A stretch of DNA of 64,000 nt from assembly GCA_965240325.2 (NCBI GenBank), contig OZ251224.1:4377343-4441342 (forward strand), read 5' to 3'. Source of the DNA: Rebecca billardiae RCC1528 (taxonomy: Eukaryota > Protista > Haptophyta). Of the stretch, positions 44,242 to 56,234 are shown piece by piece (position 1 is the first letter of the stretch; the number at the start of each line of letters is the position of its first letter). Position numbers and translations under genes: made by a program. Below the pieces are notes generated by a model. It worked only from the letters and a program-made list of their open reading frames with translations, was not told the origin of the DNA and ran no database searches.

Positions 44242-46206
44242 ATGGCGGCGGCGGGCGCGGACGACGCGCCGGCGGAGGTGCTGCACGTGCTCTCGTGGAA
44301 CGTGGCCGGGTGGAAGACGACGCACGAGTGCATCGCCGCGCACCACGGCTGCGTCTCCGCGTACCTCCGCGCGCTGCGCGCGGACGTGCTGCTGCTGCAG
44401 GAGGTGAAGCTGCGCTCCGCCGACCTCTACGCAGACCCGCGCGCGCTCGGCGCGGACGCGGAGGGGTACGAGTCGTTCTGGGCGTGCAACGACGGCAAGG
44501 CCGCGCAGGGCGCCGGGCTCAACGGCGTCGGCGCGTTCGCCCGCGCCGGCCTCGTCGTGGGCGCGGACGCGGCGCCGCTGCGCGACGCGCAGCTCGACGG
44601 CGAGGGCCGCTGCCTGCTGCTCGAGCTGCGCGGCGGCGTGGTGCTGATCAACGTGTACGTGCCCAACGCGGCGGGCGGCGCGCGGCTCGCCTTCAAGCTC
44701 CGCTTCCTCGACGCGCTCGCCGCGCTCGCCGCGCGCGAGCGGCGCGCGGGCAGGCTGGTGTGCGTGTGCGGCGACCTGAACGTGTGCATGCGCGCGCTCG
44801 ACAGCCACTGGACGCACCGCTACGCGAGCCTGCGCGGCGTGCGCGAGGCGGCGCGCGCGGTGGAGGCGGCGGAGGCGGGCGCGGCGCCCGGCGCCGACGC
44901 CGCGCCGCTCGCGCCCGCGCTGCGCGGCCTGAGCGCGCGCGCGGCCGCGCTGCTGCGCGCGCTCGGCGCGGTGGCGTGCGCGCTCGCGCGCGTGCTCGCC
45001 CCCGGCTCGGCGGACGTGGAGGTGCGCGAGGTGCGCACGCGCAACCCGTCGAGCGGGCAGCAGTTCTGCAAGTACAAGCTCTTCGCGCGCGACGCGGCGC
45101 TCACCGCCGGCGAGTGGCGCGCCGTCGGGCCCTCGCCGCCTGCCGAGAGCGAGGGTGGCGCGCGCGGCGCGTACTCGCTCGCGCCCGCGCACGCGCACGC
45201 CGCGACGCCGGGCGCGCCGCCGCTCGCGGTGAAGGCGGAGGGCGAGCTGAGCTGGGGCGCGCTGCGCGACGCGGCGCTCGCGCTCGCGGCCGAGCGCTTC
45301 GCGCACGCCGACGACGCCGCGTGGGACGAGCTCGCCTCGCTCGAGGCCGCCGGGCTCGCGCGCGCGCGCGTGGCGCTGTGCGCGCGCGCGCCGCTGCGCG
45401 CGCTGCTGGGCGAGCCGCCGCTGCCGCCGCTCGTCGACACGTTCGCCGCCGCGCACCCGAGCGCGCGCGGGCGGTACACGTGCTTCGACGCGTACACGAA
45501 CAAGCGGTTCGTCAACGTGGGCTCGCGCATCGACTACATCCTCGCCGCGCCCGAGCTGCTCCCGCCGCCGAGCGCCGAGGCGGCCGGCCCGGGCCTCGAC
45601 TGCGGCCCGAGCTCCGAGGACGGCGCGCGCGCGCAGCCGCACCCCGAGAGCGCGCTCGCCGCGAGCCGCGCGGCGGTCGCGGGCGGCGAGTGGAAGCAGG
45701 CGTCGTTCGCCGGCGGCGGCCTGCCCGAGGGCCGCGAGTGCGCGTACGCGCTGCACATCCGCGCTCCGCACACGGGCATCGTGTACACCCCGCCCGAGTA
45801 CAGCGACCACCTGGCGGTGAGCGCGCTGCTCGCCGCGCACACGCACACGCACACGCGGCGCGCCCGGCAGCACGCGGCGCGCGGGCTCGGCGCGGGCGTG
45901 CAGCCGCACGCGCGCAAGCTGCGCGAGATGGCCGCGCTCGCCGGCTTCTTCCGGCCGGCCGCGCGGCCCGCCGCGCCGCCCGCCGCCGCGCCGCCGCCCG
46001 CCGCCGCCGCGCCGCCAGAGGCGTCCGCCTGCGCTGGCGGGCGCGCCGCGGCCGCGCCGCCGCCGAGTGGCTGCGGCGGCTCCGCGGCGCCGCCGCCCAA
46101 GGGGAAGGCGCCCCCGCGCGCGCGCGCGCCAAGCGCCGGGCCTGCGGTCGTGAAGCGCGCGCGCGGCCCGATGGACTCGTTCGTCGTGCGCCGCGCCGCG
46201 GACTGA
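44242..46206 (+). CDS. APEX2: ExoIII-family AP endonuclease, APE2-like
   Basis: SWNVAG, LLQEVK, DGEGR, INVYVPN, CGDLNV, YTCF...GSRIDYIL, SDHLAV; PIP-box-like MAALAGFF near the C-terminus. Confidence 0.85.
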   Translation: MAAAGADDAPAEVLHVLSWNVAGWKTTHECIAAHHGCVSAYLRALRADVLLLQEVKLRSADLYADPRALGADAEGYESFWACNDGKAAQGAGLNGVGAFARAGLVVGADAAPLRDAQLDGEGRCLLLELRGGVVLINVYVPNAAGGARLAFKLRFLDALAALAARERRAGRLVCVCGDLNVCMRALDSHWTHRYASLRGVREAARAVEAAEAGAAPGADAAPLAPALRGLSARAAALLRALGAVACALARVLAPGSADVEVREVRTRNPSSGQQFCKYKLFARDAALTAGEWRAVGPSPPAESEGGARGAYSLAPAHAHAATPGAPPLAVKAEGELSWGALRDAALALAAERFAHADDAAWDELASLEAAGLARARVALCARAPLRALLGEPPLPPLVDTFAAAHPSARGRYTCFDAYTNKRFVNVGSRIDYILAAPELLPPPSAEAAGPGLDCGPSSEDGARAQPHPESALAASRAAVAGGEWKQASFAGGGLPEGRECAYALHIRAPHTGIVYTPPEYSDHLAVSALLAAHTHTHTRRARQHAARGLGAGVQPHARKLREMAALAGFFRPAARPAAPPAAAPPPAAAAPPEASACAGGRAAAAPPPSGCGGSAAPPPKGKAPPRARAPSAGPAVVKRARGPMDSFVVRRAAD

Positions 46207-46566
46207 CGAGCCGCGTGTGCGGCGCTGCTCACTGGCAACGTAGTGTCGCGCATCCTGTATCATTCATCACCGAACGGCACTCGTCAGGGGTCTGAACTCA
46301 TAGCGACTAGCGAGGATCGAATGATTAGCGAACTGCCTGCGAATATCTAAGATCTCAGCCGACAAGGACGTAACGGTGAACGACTGCCTCGCCTCCTTCG
46401 TCGGTTTTCTGATGTGGGCCAGAGCGGGTACGGCCGTACTAGTATTGGGCACGATTCCTTAACTGTACAGCCAAGCCCAGGGCGTGCAGTAGTGGCTGCC
46501 CCAGCAAGGGGGAGGCGGCAGCTCGAACAGCCGGCAGCGGTAGCGCCGCGGCACGAGCGCGGGGCC

Positions 46567-48132
46567 ATGGCCGAGGCGGGCAAAGCGCACGGAGGGAAGG
46601 ATGACGACGACGAGTCCTCCTTCCGCAGACGGCGCCTCTCGGTCGCCGACCTGGACACGAGCGAGTTTGACGGCGACGACAGCCAGGGCTCGAACGGCGA
46701 CAAGAGCCGCTTCCGCCGAATCTCGATGAGGTGCGCGGACGGGGGCGCGCGCGCGGGCTCCGCGCGCGGCCTGCGCGCACGCCACCGCGTGGCCGTCGTC
46801 TGGTCGGCGGCGCCCCTCGAGGCCCGCCCCGCCCTGCGCCGGGCAGGCGCGCGCTCCGTGGCGGCGCGCGCCGGCGCTCGCGCGCGAGCTGCGGAGCCGC
46901 GGAGCTCACGCGCTCGCTCGTGCGCGCGCGCGCGCGCGCGCGCGCTCGCGGCGCGCGTCCGGGCGGCGCGCCCCGCCCCGCCGCGCCGCGCCGCGCAGCC
47001 CGGAGATGGGCGTTGTGCGCAAGAAGTCGGAGCTGCCCTTCCCGCTCGAGAGCGTCGGCACCTACTCGTGCCACGGCGTCGAGCCCGGCATGCGGCACGG
47101 CGAGACGAGCGCAAAGATCAACCAGGACCGGGGCGCGGTGTGCCACCCGTTCGCGGACAGCGAAGACATCGCGATGTTCTGCGTCTTCGACGGGCACGGG
47201 GTGTGCGGGGACAAGGTCTCCCACTTTGCGATGAACACGCTGCAGGCGATCCTCGAGGACCACCCGTCTCTGCTCGACAAGACGGGGCAGGCGCTCAAGC
47301 ACTCCTTCCTGCAGTGCGACTCCCTGCTGAAGCAGGAGGCGTCGATCGACGCGGAGCTGTCGGGCACGACCGCCGTCGTGAGCGTGATGCTCGGCAAGCA
47401 GCTGTACGTCGCCAACGTCGGCGACTCGCGCGCGGTGCTGGGCAAGCGCGGGCCGGGCGGCAAGGCGGTGGCCGTGCCGCTCACCGAGGACCAGAAGCCC
47501 GACACGCCCGCCGAGATGGCGCGCATCAAGAAGAAGAAGGGCTTCGTCTCGCCGCCGGAGGAGGAGTGGGGCGGGTACGCCCCGCGCGCGCGCGGAGCGC
47601 CGTCCAGCCACGCGCGCGCCGGCGCTCACGCGCACGCCGCCGCCGCCCTTGGCGCCGCCTTGCGCGCAGGCCGGCGCGCGTGTGGCTGGACGCCAACATG
47701 ACGCTGCCAGGGCTGGCGATGGCGCGCTCGATCGGCGACCACCTCGTGACGCAGATCGGCGTGATCGCCGAGCCCGAGATCAGCGAGCACCTCGTGGGCC
47801 CGGACGACCTCTTCCTCATCATGGCGACGGACGGCGTGTGGGAGTTCATCGACTCGGACGAGGCGGTGGCGCTCGTGCAGCCCATCATCGACAAGGCGGG
47901 CGCCACCGAGGCGTGCACCAAGTGCGCGCGCGCGCGGGCGCGCGCCGCGCCGCGCGCCGCGCCGCGGCCGCGCGCTGACCGGCCGCGCCGCGCCGCGCCG
48001 CGCGCGCGCGCCGTGCGCCTGTGCAGGCTGATCGAGAAGGCGGCTGCGCGCTGGCGCGAGGAGGAGGGCGACTACCGCGACGACATCACGGCGATTGTGG
48101 TCAAGCTGCCGTGCTACCCGCTGCACAAGTAG
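46567..48132 (+). CDS. PP2C/PPM-family protein phosphatase
   Basis: INQDR, VFDGHG, SGTTA, ANVGDSRAVL, GLAMARSIGD, ATDGVWE, DDITAIVV; introns 46731-46998, 47575-47669 and 47922-48026; N-terminal RRRLS/RRIS motifs. Confidence 0.93.
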   Translation: MAEAGKAHGGKDDDDESSFRRRRLSVADLDTSEFDGDDSQGSNGDKSRFRRISMRCADGGARAGSARGLRARHRVAVVWSAAPLEARPALRRAGARSVAARAGARARAAEPRSSRARSCARARARALAARVRAARPAPPRRAAQPGDGRCAQEVGAALPARERRHLLVPRRRARHAARRDERKDQPGPGRGVPPVRGQRRHRDVLRLRRARGVRGQGLPLCDEHAAGDPRGPPVSARQDGAGAQALLPAVRLPAEAGGVDRRGAVGHDRRRERDARQAAVRRQRRRLARGAGQARAGRQGGGRAAHRGPEARHARRDGAHQEEEGLRLAAGGGVGRVRPARARSAVQPRARRRSRARRRRPWRRLARRPARVWLDANMTLPGLAMARSIGDHLVTQIGVIAEPEISEHLVGPDDLFLIMATDGVWEFIDSDEAVALVQPIIDKAGATEACTKCARARARAAPRAAPRPRADRPRRAAPRARAVRLCRLIEKAAARWREEEGDYRDDITAIVVKLPCYPLHK

Positions 48133-48623
48133 GCGGCGGCGGGGGCGCGGCGCGGCCAGCCGGGCGGCGGGGGCGCTGGGACCGGGCGCGCGCGCGCGAG
48201 GGCGCCGCCCGCCCTCCCGCGCACGGCATCCGCACGGGCGCGACGCCGCGCTGGGCCGTGGGCCGAGCGACGAGCGAGCGCCTAACTACGGCCGGCTGCG
48301 GACGCGGCCGCGGGCCGCGCTCACATCGTCAGACACTGTCAACTACTCGGACCGGCCCACCGTCCTTCCGCCTGCCGCGACGGTCTCGTCGTCTAGAACC
48401 GCGTGGCGAACACGACCGCCATTTTGTTACCATCGCGTGCTGGCAACTTGTATCTTAGAGTGCTGCGGCAGCTCGAGACAGAACCTGACAGAACTGCAGT
48501 GGCAGCGCTCCGTGCGCGTCGCGTCGCGACCGGACAGCGATGCGCGTTCCAAGTCCGGGTTGCCTGCCAACTGACGACGCCCAACTGAGGTGTGGGTGCG
48601 CGCGCGCGTGGTCGCGATTCACC

Positions 48624-49581
48624 ATGGCCGCGAGGAACCCTCCCGCCGACGTCGAGTCAGCGCCGCTGCTCGGCGACGCGGATGGCGCGGAGGAGGCGCG
48701 CACGCCCCCGCCCCAGCCGCCGCCGCCCGCCGCCACGGTGGCGCGCGTGCACCTCCGCGCGCGCGGCGTGTGCCAGAGCGTGCGCGCGCACGGCTGGGGC
48801 GAGGGCAAGGAGGTGCTCTCCGACGTGCACGCGGCCTTCGAGCCGGGCACGATGACGGCGCTGATGGGCAGCTCGGGCTCGGGCAAGACGACGCTGCTCA
48901 ACGTGCTGCGCACGGGCTCGGCCACGCGCGGCGAGGTGCTCGCCAACGGCCTGCCGTACACGCGCGCGTCGCGCGCGCAGATCGTGACGGTGCCGCAGGA
49001 CGACGTGCTGCTGCCCGGGCTGAGCGCGCTCGAGATGTTCTCGTACGCGGCGGAGCTGCGGCTGCCCGCGAGCGTGGGCGCGGAGGGCCGCGCCGCGCGC
49101 GTGCGCGCCGTGCTCGCGCAGCTGCACCTCGGCGACGAGAGCGCGCACACGCGCATCGGCTCTGTGGAGGAGCGCGGGCTGTCGGGCGGGCAGCGCAAGC
49201 GCGTCTCCATCGGCCTCGAGCTGCTCACCGACCCGCCGGTGCTGCTGCTCGACGAGCCGACGTCGGGGCTGGACGCGAAGATGGCGCGCGACGTCGTGCG
49301 CATCCTCCACGGCCTCGCGCGCGACGGGCGCACCGTGGTGGCGGCGATCCACCAGCCGTCCGCGCGCGTGTTCTGCGCGTTCGACGCGCTGCTGCTGCTG
49401 AGCAAGGGGCGGCTCGCGTTCGCGGGGCGCGGCGCGGAGGCGGAGGGGTACTTCGAGCGGCTGGGCTTCCAGATGCCCGCGCACGAGAACCCCGCCGACT
49501 ACTACCTGCAGCTGCTCGAGGACCCCGAGGAGGCGCGCGGCGTCGACCTCATGCGCGCGTGGGCGGACGGCAGCGCCGCGC

Positions 49582-49622
<41 letters not shown>

Positions 49623-50627
49623 GGCGCCGCCGAGCGCGCCGAGCGCGCGCGCGCCGGGGAGGGCGGCGCGGGCGCGCCGCCCGAGGCGCCCCTGTGGCGC
49701 GCGCAGGTGTGCGCGCTCTTCCGCCGCCGGCTGTACGCCGCCGCGAAGGACCGCAGCCAGCTGGGCCGCACGCTCGGCCTCAAGGCGGGCGTGGGCGTGC
49801 TGGTGGGCGTCATCTGGCGCGGCCGCGGCAGCAGCGAGTCGTTCGCCGCGATCTTCCCGATCAACAGCGCGCTGTTCCTCATCGTGCTCAACTGCGTGCT
49901 GGACACGCTGCTCGAGACGGTGCTGCAGTTCCCGCAGCAGCGCGCGCTGCTGCGGCGCGAGCACGCCAACGGCCTGTACGGCGCAAGCGCGCACTACGTG
50001 GCGATGCAGGGCGCCAACCTCGTCGTGTGCTCGCTCTCCGCGCTGCTGCTCGGCGCGCCGGTGTACGCGCTGGTCGGGCTGGAGCCGAGCGCCGCCAAGC
50101 TCGGCGTCTTCGTCTCGCTGCTCGTGATGATGAGCCTCATCGGCGCGAGCATCGGCATGGCCGTCGGCGTGACCGGCTCGACGATCGACGCGGCGCGCGA
50201 CGCGCTCGTGCCGACGCTCGTGCCGCTCATCATCTTCTCGGGCTTCCTCATCCCGCTGGGGCAGATCCCCGGCCCGTTCCGCTGGCTGTACTACGCGTCC
50301 TTCTTCCAGTACTGCCTCAGCGCGCTGCAGATCAGCCACCTCGCCGAGCGCAGCTTCAGCGAGGACTGCCCGGCGCTGCTCGCCAAGCGCGCGGCCGCGC
50401 AGATCGTGCGCGCGGCCGTGCCCGGCCTCGACATCCCGGGCGCGCCGCTGCCCGAGCTCGAGACGTGCCACGGCGAGGACTTCCTCAAGGAGGTGGGGCT
50501 GTGGCCGCCGCCGTTCGGCGGGCTGCCCGGCTACTTCGCCATCCTGAGCGCGTACCTGCTCGCCATCCTGCTCTTCTCGTACGCGGTCGTCTCGGCGCAC
50601 GTGCGGCAGCTCGCGCTCAGCTCCTAG
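48624..50627 (+). CDS. ABCG (White-family) half transporter
   Basis: Walker A GSSGSGKTT, signature LSGGQRKRVSIG, Walker B LLLDEPTSGLD, IHQP, ENPADY, then an ABC2 membrane domain. Confidence 0.95.
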
Positions 50628-51065
50628 TCGGAGCGCGGCCGACCAGCGCGGCCCGGCAGCGGCCGGTGCTGATCGGAGGCCGAGGGTGAGTGACGCGCGC
50701 GCGCTCCGGGCCACGACGACCGCGCGCAGGGCTGCGGGCTGCCAGCAGCAGCCGTGGCCGTGGGCCGCGTAACGCTGGCAGCCCGCGCAGTGACGCATAT
50801 CACCCGTGCCGCATCACGTCGTCCCGACGCGCCGACGCTGTCGCCGGCGCGCCCGATGACAATGCATCATGATCATGGATGCATTGTCGTCATCGACGAC
50901 GGCGGATTATTCGACATCGGATGATCGCGGCATACGTCGTCTGAATATTAGAATTCCTCCTACTGTCACTCAGCTTGGTCATCTAGCTGTCATTACTATA
51001 CTGATTATAATGCTGAGCGCCGCGCGCCTTTTAAAAAAAGTCCTCGCCGCGCGGCCGCGCGGCGC

Positions 51066-51515
51066 GTGGCGCGGCACGCGGCGCGCGACGAGCAGCTGGC
51101 GCGGTGCACGCCGTCGCGCCGCGCGCGGCTGGTGTGCGCGTGGGTGTTTGCGCTCGCAAGCTGCGGCGCCTCTCTCCTCCTCGTGCTCGCGTACGCGCGC
51201 ACGTTCGGCGAGCACACGTTCGGCGCGCTCGTGTGCGTGTGCGCGGGGCTTCGCGCTCGCGCAGACGTTTGCGCTCGAGGCCAGCTGTTGCTAACACCCG
51301 CGCTGGCGCAGGCGTTGACGTGGCTGATGGAGGCGATCAGCCCGAACAAGGCAGCCGCGTCGGTCGTCAACGACCTGCTCACGACCGGCCTGGGCAAGGC
51401 CATCGGGCTCGTCCTGACTGGAGCGGTCGCGGTCGCCGCCGGCCGCCATCGCTCGCATACGCGAAGTTTTCCTTCGGGATTCCGCATCTTCAGACTGGAT
51501 TATTCGCATTTGTGA
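51066..51515 (+). pseudogene. Fragment of a membrane-protein gene (possible pseudogene)
   Basis: Hydrophobic stretch AWVFALASCGASLLLVLAYARTFG and an intron-like segment 51231-51311 (GTGTGC...CTAAC...GCGCAG), but no convincing start. Confidence 0.3.
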
Positions 51516-51767
51516 TATGATAGAATGAGTAGATTACTAGATTCCCCAGCAAGGAATGCACCCTCACCCGGTGCGCCTGTCCCAACTCGCCGTGTCTCAC
51601 TTTCTGCTCAGTTCAGGCCCATTTCAGGCCGACTGGCGTGCCGGTTCGCCGCTGGGCGCATAGCTCGACGAACCCAATCTCGAGGTAATTGCCTCAGCCT
51701 TCGCACCCGCTCGCCTGTCCTTGGACGGCTCAAGACGTGAATCGTCTGTGCATCCTGCCCTGCCGTC

Positions 51768-52550
51768 ATGCGCGTCAAGGTCGACGGGCTGAAGGAGAAG
51801 CTCTTCAAGGGGCGGGGGCAGAAGGCGAAGGCCGGCGCCGCGTCCAGCTCAGCCACCGACGTGTCGAGCTCCAACTCGTCGTCGAGCGATGGCGGCGCCG
51901 CTGCGGCCGCCGCTCCGGCGAAGCCGCGCGTCGTGCGCCGCGACTCGTGGGCCGGCTACTTGGCGCCGGTGACGCCCGTCGGCCGCGGGCGCGACAACCC
52001 GCTGGTGCACACGCCGGTCGCCGCGTTCGTTGGCACGTTCGTCGGCCTGGGCGGCCTCGTGGTGGCGGGCAACATCCTGCGCGCCGTGCACGCGCTGCCC
52101 GACCCGGTCACGCTCGTCGCCTCGTTCGCCGCGCTCGCCACGCTGCTCTTCGCCGCGCCGAAGGCGCCGCTGGGCTACCCGTTCCACATGTTCGTCGGGC
52201 ACACGGTCTCCATCCTCATCGCGATCTTCGTGCACCACAACGCGATCTGGCTCAACGTGCCCGCCGACCTCGCGGGCGTGTTTGGCGCGGCGGCGGCGAT
52301 CGGCGCGATGGTCGCGCTCAAGGCGCCGCACCCGCCCGCCGCGGCGTGCGCGCTCGTCTTCCTCTCGTTCGCGCGGATGGAGGCGCAGCCGCTCTGGGGC
52401 TTCGTGTACCTGTTCTTGCCCGGGCTCTTCGGCTGCGCGTACATGTGGGGCGTGCAGTACCTGCTGCACGCCGTGTGTGACGCGCTGCTCGACTGGCACG
52501 AGCGGCAGCCGCGCGAGGACGACGACGGCGACGGCGCGGACATGGTGTAG
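51768..52550 (+). CDS. HPP-family integral membrane protein (putative nitrite transporter family)
   Basis: VASFAALATLLFAAPKAPLG, VGHTVS, APHPPAAACAL motif; four or five transmembrane helices. Confidence 0.88.
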   Translation: MRVKVDGLKEKLFKGRGQKAKAGAASSSATDVSSSNSSSSDGGAAAAAAPAKPRVVRRDSWAGYLAPVTPVGRGRDNPLVHTPVAAFVGTFVGLGGLVVAGNILRAVHALPDPVTLVASFAALATLLFAAPKAPLGYPFHMFVGHTVSILIAIFVHHNAIWLNVPADLAGVFGAAAAIGAMVALKAPHPPAAACALVFLSFARMEAQPLWGFVYLFLPGLFGCAYMWGVQYLLHAVCDALLDWHERQPREDDDGDGADMV

Positions 52551-55242
52551 GCGCATGCAGCTGCACGCGCCGCGCCGCCGGCGCGCGCATCGGCCTCGCC
52601 GGCCGCTGCGCGCGGAGGCGGGGATGCAGCCGCGTGGCCGCGCGGGCTCGGGGGGCGCCACCGGCCATTTGCCGGCGGGCGTGGCAGCCAGTCACGGACC
52701 GCCGCTCGGCTCAGCCTGAATCGGATTGACGCGATAACTTTGAAGTTTGATCGGACGAGCTTCTGGTGTCCATATATATATGTGTGTGTCTGTGTGTGTG
52801 TGCTGTCACGGTACTGACAGCAGTGGCGGCGTCGTCATCAGCGCGCCGCCGCCATATACTGCTGTCATACACCTTGACTGCCCCCCAGCCCCGTTTTTGG
52901 CCGCACGATTGCGAATCTCAGAGTTACTTGGCCAGTCAATGTTTAGAGTTTTGAAGAAGGCGAAAGACTATCTGGCGGCCGAAACGAGGGACGGCTGTCC
53001 CGATGGCGTTCCGGCCGCGAAGTCCGCCGGTGCCTTGCCCGAGGGCGGCCGATCAGTGGCGCCTAGCCCGGTCGTCCGCGCGGTTGTGTCAGCGCACGCG
53101 CCATGTGTGTGCCCCCCGCTGTCACGGCATGTTGTGCGCCAGCACCGTGGGTCGGTGGGAGCTCCTCGCCTGTTCCTGTCACTCACGGCCAAGCGACGGT
53201 GCAGAGATCTTCAGTCCGAGCCCGCGACTGCTGAACTTCTGTGATACGTGTGCGAATCCTTGCAGAAAAGCACGCTCTGCTCCCGCAAATCTACCTGGCG
53301 AACGTGCGCTGGTGTCAATACTTCACGCAGTGCACAAATGCCATGGCGAATCAGTCTTCCCTGCGTGTCACAGGCCTTGGCGTTTGCACATCGATAAGCT
53401 AACGGAGACGAGTCCCGACGAGCTGCGTATGGCTGTGGTCGCATGTAGTGTGGGCGTCGAACGCCGGAGAAGGTGGTGGCTGAAGGCGATAGAAGTATGC
53501 TCTCCCATCGGGTACAAGCCAGGCTTGGAAGACGTCTGCTTGCATCACACACACAGCTTACGCCGACCCGTGCGACGTGAAGCGCCTCAAGCGTGACGGA
53601 AGCAACCCAAGGTGCGCGCAAGGCGTGAGGAGCAGGGTGATCTAACCTTACGCGGGCCTGCTCATCTAGCAGCGCACTCAGTAGATCGCCCCCGTCCTCA
53701 GGCGCACGATGACCACCGAATCGTGAATGTGTAGACGCTGACGCGTGCCAGCTTGCGGCGAGCAGCGACCGAGTGCCGCGGACTCGGGCCTCGCGCAAGA
53801 ACAAGCAGGTTTTTTTGGCGCGGAGGACGCTAGCATGACCTGCACGTACAGCGGGGAGATTGTTTGCAAGGCGTGCCCTACATACAGCTCGCGTGCCCCT
53901 CAGATATCCCGCGCGGAGAACGTCAGCAGCCCAGCATCGCAGTCCGCGCCGCAGACCCAACCACTCAGCTCCGCCCCTCGCCCACCACGAGACGGCGAGA
54001 TACCGACGAAGTGGAACGGAGCGAGCTCTATTTCCTATCGGGGCTCGCGGGAGCCGATGTGGTCATTTTTCATTGAGCGAAGCCCGAGCTGGCTTCCCAT
54101 TGGACGGATTGGCGGCTGCGCTACTCCGCAAGGCGAAACACTTACAGCTTCACATCCCGAAAATGCAAGTTTGGACAATAGAGTGAGGCACCCTCCTCCA
54201 ATGAAATTGCTGAAAATCCCGACGAAACTTTACTGACGTACGTCAGTAAACGCAATCTCCGGGAGATATGGCCATTTCCGCCCACTGGGGTCATTCAAGG
54301 TGCGGTGTACGGTCGCCCGGGCCCTCCCGCGGATCCCCCGGAGTCCCGTCACGGCGGCCAAATCTGCGACCACGGACCACTGTCGGGTCCGAGCACGCGC
54401 CGCGGCGCCGCCCGAGGCGGAGGCGGCGCCCGCCGCTCGGTGATGAGTCCTACTGCCGATTGAGTGACGACGCGATGTGATGACTACCGCCATCAAGCCG
54501 CGTGGAGTCAGCGCGCCGGCAAGTAGATTAGTAGTGACTAGTAGTAGTGACTGAGTGAGACATCGACGGCGGCGGCATCGCGGCATGCATCATCAATCAC
54601 TGATGGTATAGTACGGCCGACGCCACGCCCCGTATAATTAAATATAAGTTTGAGTCGTACTCGTAACTCGTGAGCGAGTAGCTGAGTAGCAAGCGCAGCA
54701 GCAGTCGTTCAGCTACTGATCCGAGTGATCGATGCGACGATAGCCGCTGGCACCACTAGTACAGTAGACTACAGCTCGTCAGCCGATTAAACTGATGGAT
54801 TTCAGAGCGCCGTGCGCGCTGATGCACTATCGGCTCACCGTAGCTGCTGATGTGGCCGGCCGCCATCATTAATTAGTCTACTGCCAGCCGCGCGCGAGGA
54901 TTTATTAATAATATATATAGTAGTAGTCGTCGTAGTATATATATTTAACGACGTGGCAGCATCGGACAAGCGTCAGGCTCACCGAGAATGCAACAGACAC
55001 ATAGAATGCGTCCGCGCCTTCCGTCCAGGTCAGAGTATATAGTAGTAGTATATATAGCCGCGCCGATTATTTATTTATTCGTCATTTAATAAGATGCGGC
55101 GGATATGCTGCGGCTAATATCATATAGCAGTCGTATAGTCGATCGGGCAACGACGGTCAGCGCGGCGCGCGTGATCCGAGGATCGTCGGGCGACGATCGC
55201 CTCCACGGTTGCGGCCGATGCACCCACCCGCCGGCGCCACCG

Positions 55243-56193
55243 TCAGTGCGGCTGCCCCGCGCTGCTGGGCTGCCTGGTGGGCGTCGAGACCGCGGACGAC
55301 GCGCCGACGAGCCGCGCCCACTCGGCGTGCAGCGCGCGGCGCTCCGCGTCGATCTCGCGGCGCGCGTCGCGCATCGCCGCGCGCGACAGCGCGTCGTGCA
55401 GCTCGGGGCTCACCGCCACCTCGACGGCGTCGCCGCCGCCGACGCGGCGCGCGGTCGCCGCGCCGTACGGGTGGCGCGAGTCGCGCGCGGGCGCGGCCTG
55501 CGCGCGCGCGCCCGCGGCGGCGCCCAGCGGCGGTGGCGGCGCGCGCGCGAGCTCGTACGCGAGATCGGCGCCGTCGGCGGGCGCGGCGGCGAGCTCGGCG
55601 GCGAGCTCGGGCAGCGAGCGCAGCACGGCGCGATCGGCGGGCACCGCCGCGCGCAGCGTGAGCGCGGCGGTGCTCGCCGCGCCCGCGCTCGCCGCGTCCG
55701 AGGTCGCCTCGCGCACGCGGCTGGCGAGCGCGCGCCGCCGCGCGTCAAACTGTGCGAGGTCGGCGGGCGCGGGCGCGCGCGGCTGCGGCGAGCTGGGCGA
55801 GGCGGGGGCGGGCGAGCGCAGCCGCGGTGCCGAGCGCGGCCGCCAGCCGCCGCCGCCGCCGCCACCGCCACCGCCGGCGCGCGCGGGCGAGGCCGCGCGC
55901 GGCGTGCCGCGCAGCGCGCCGGCCGCGCGCTGCGGGTCGGGCGGCGCGTGCTGCTGCTGCTGCTGCTGCTGCTGGAGCATGGTGCGGTTGTACTCGAGGC
56001 CGCCCGTGAACTTCTTGGGGCCGCCGGGCGGGAGGCGGCCGCTGCCCTCCGCGCCGGCGCGCGGGTTGGCGCGCGACTCCTGCGTCGCCTTCTCCGCGCG
56101 GCGGCGCTCGGCGCGCCACGCGTGCGAGGCCCTGTCCGCGTCGGTGGCCGCTGCGTGCCGCGAGCCGTGCTGGTACGACGGCAACGACAGCAG

Positions 56194-56234
<41 letters not shown>

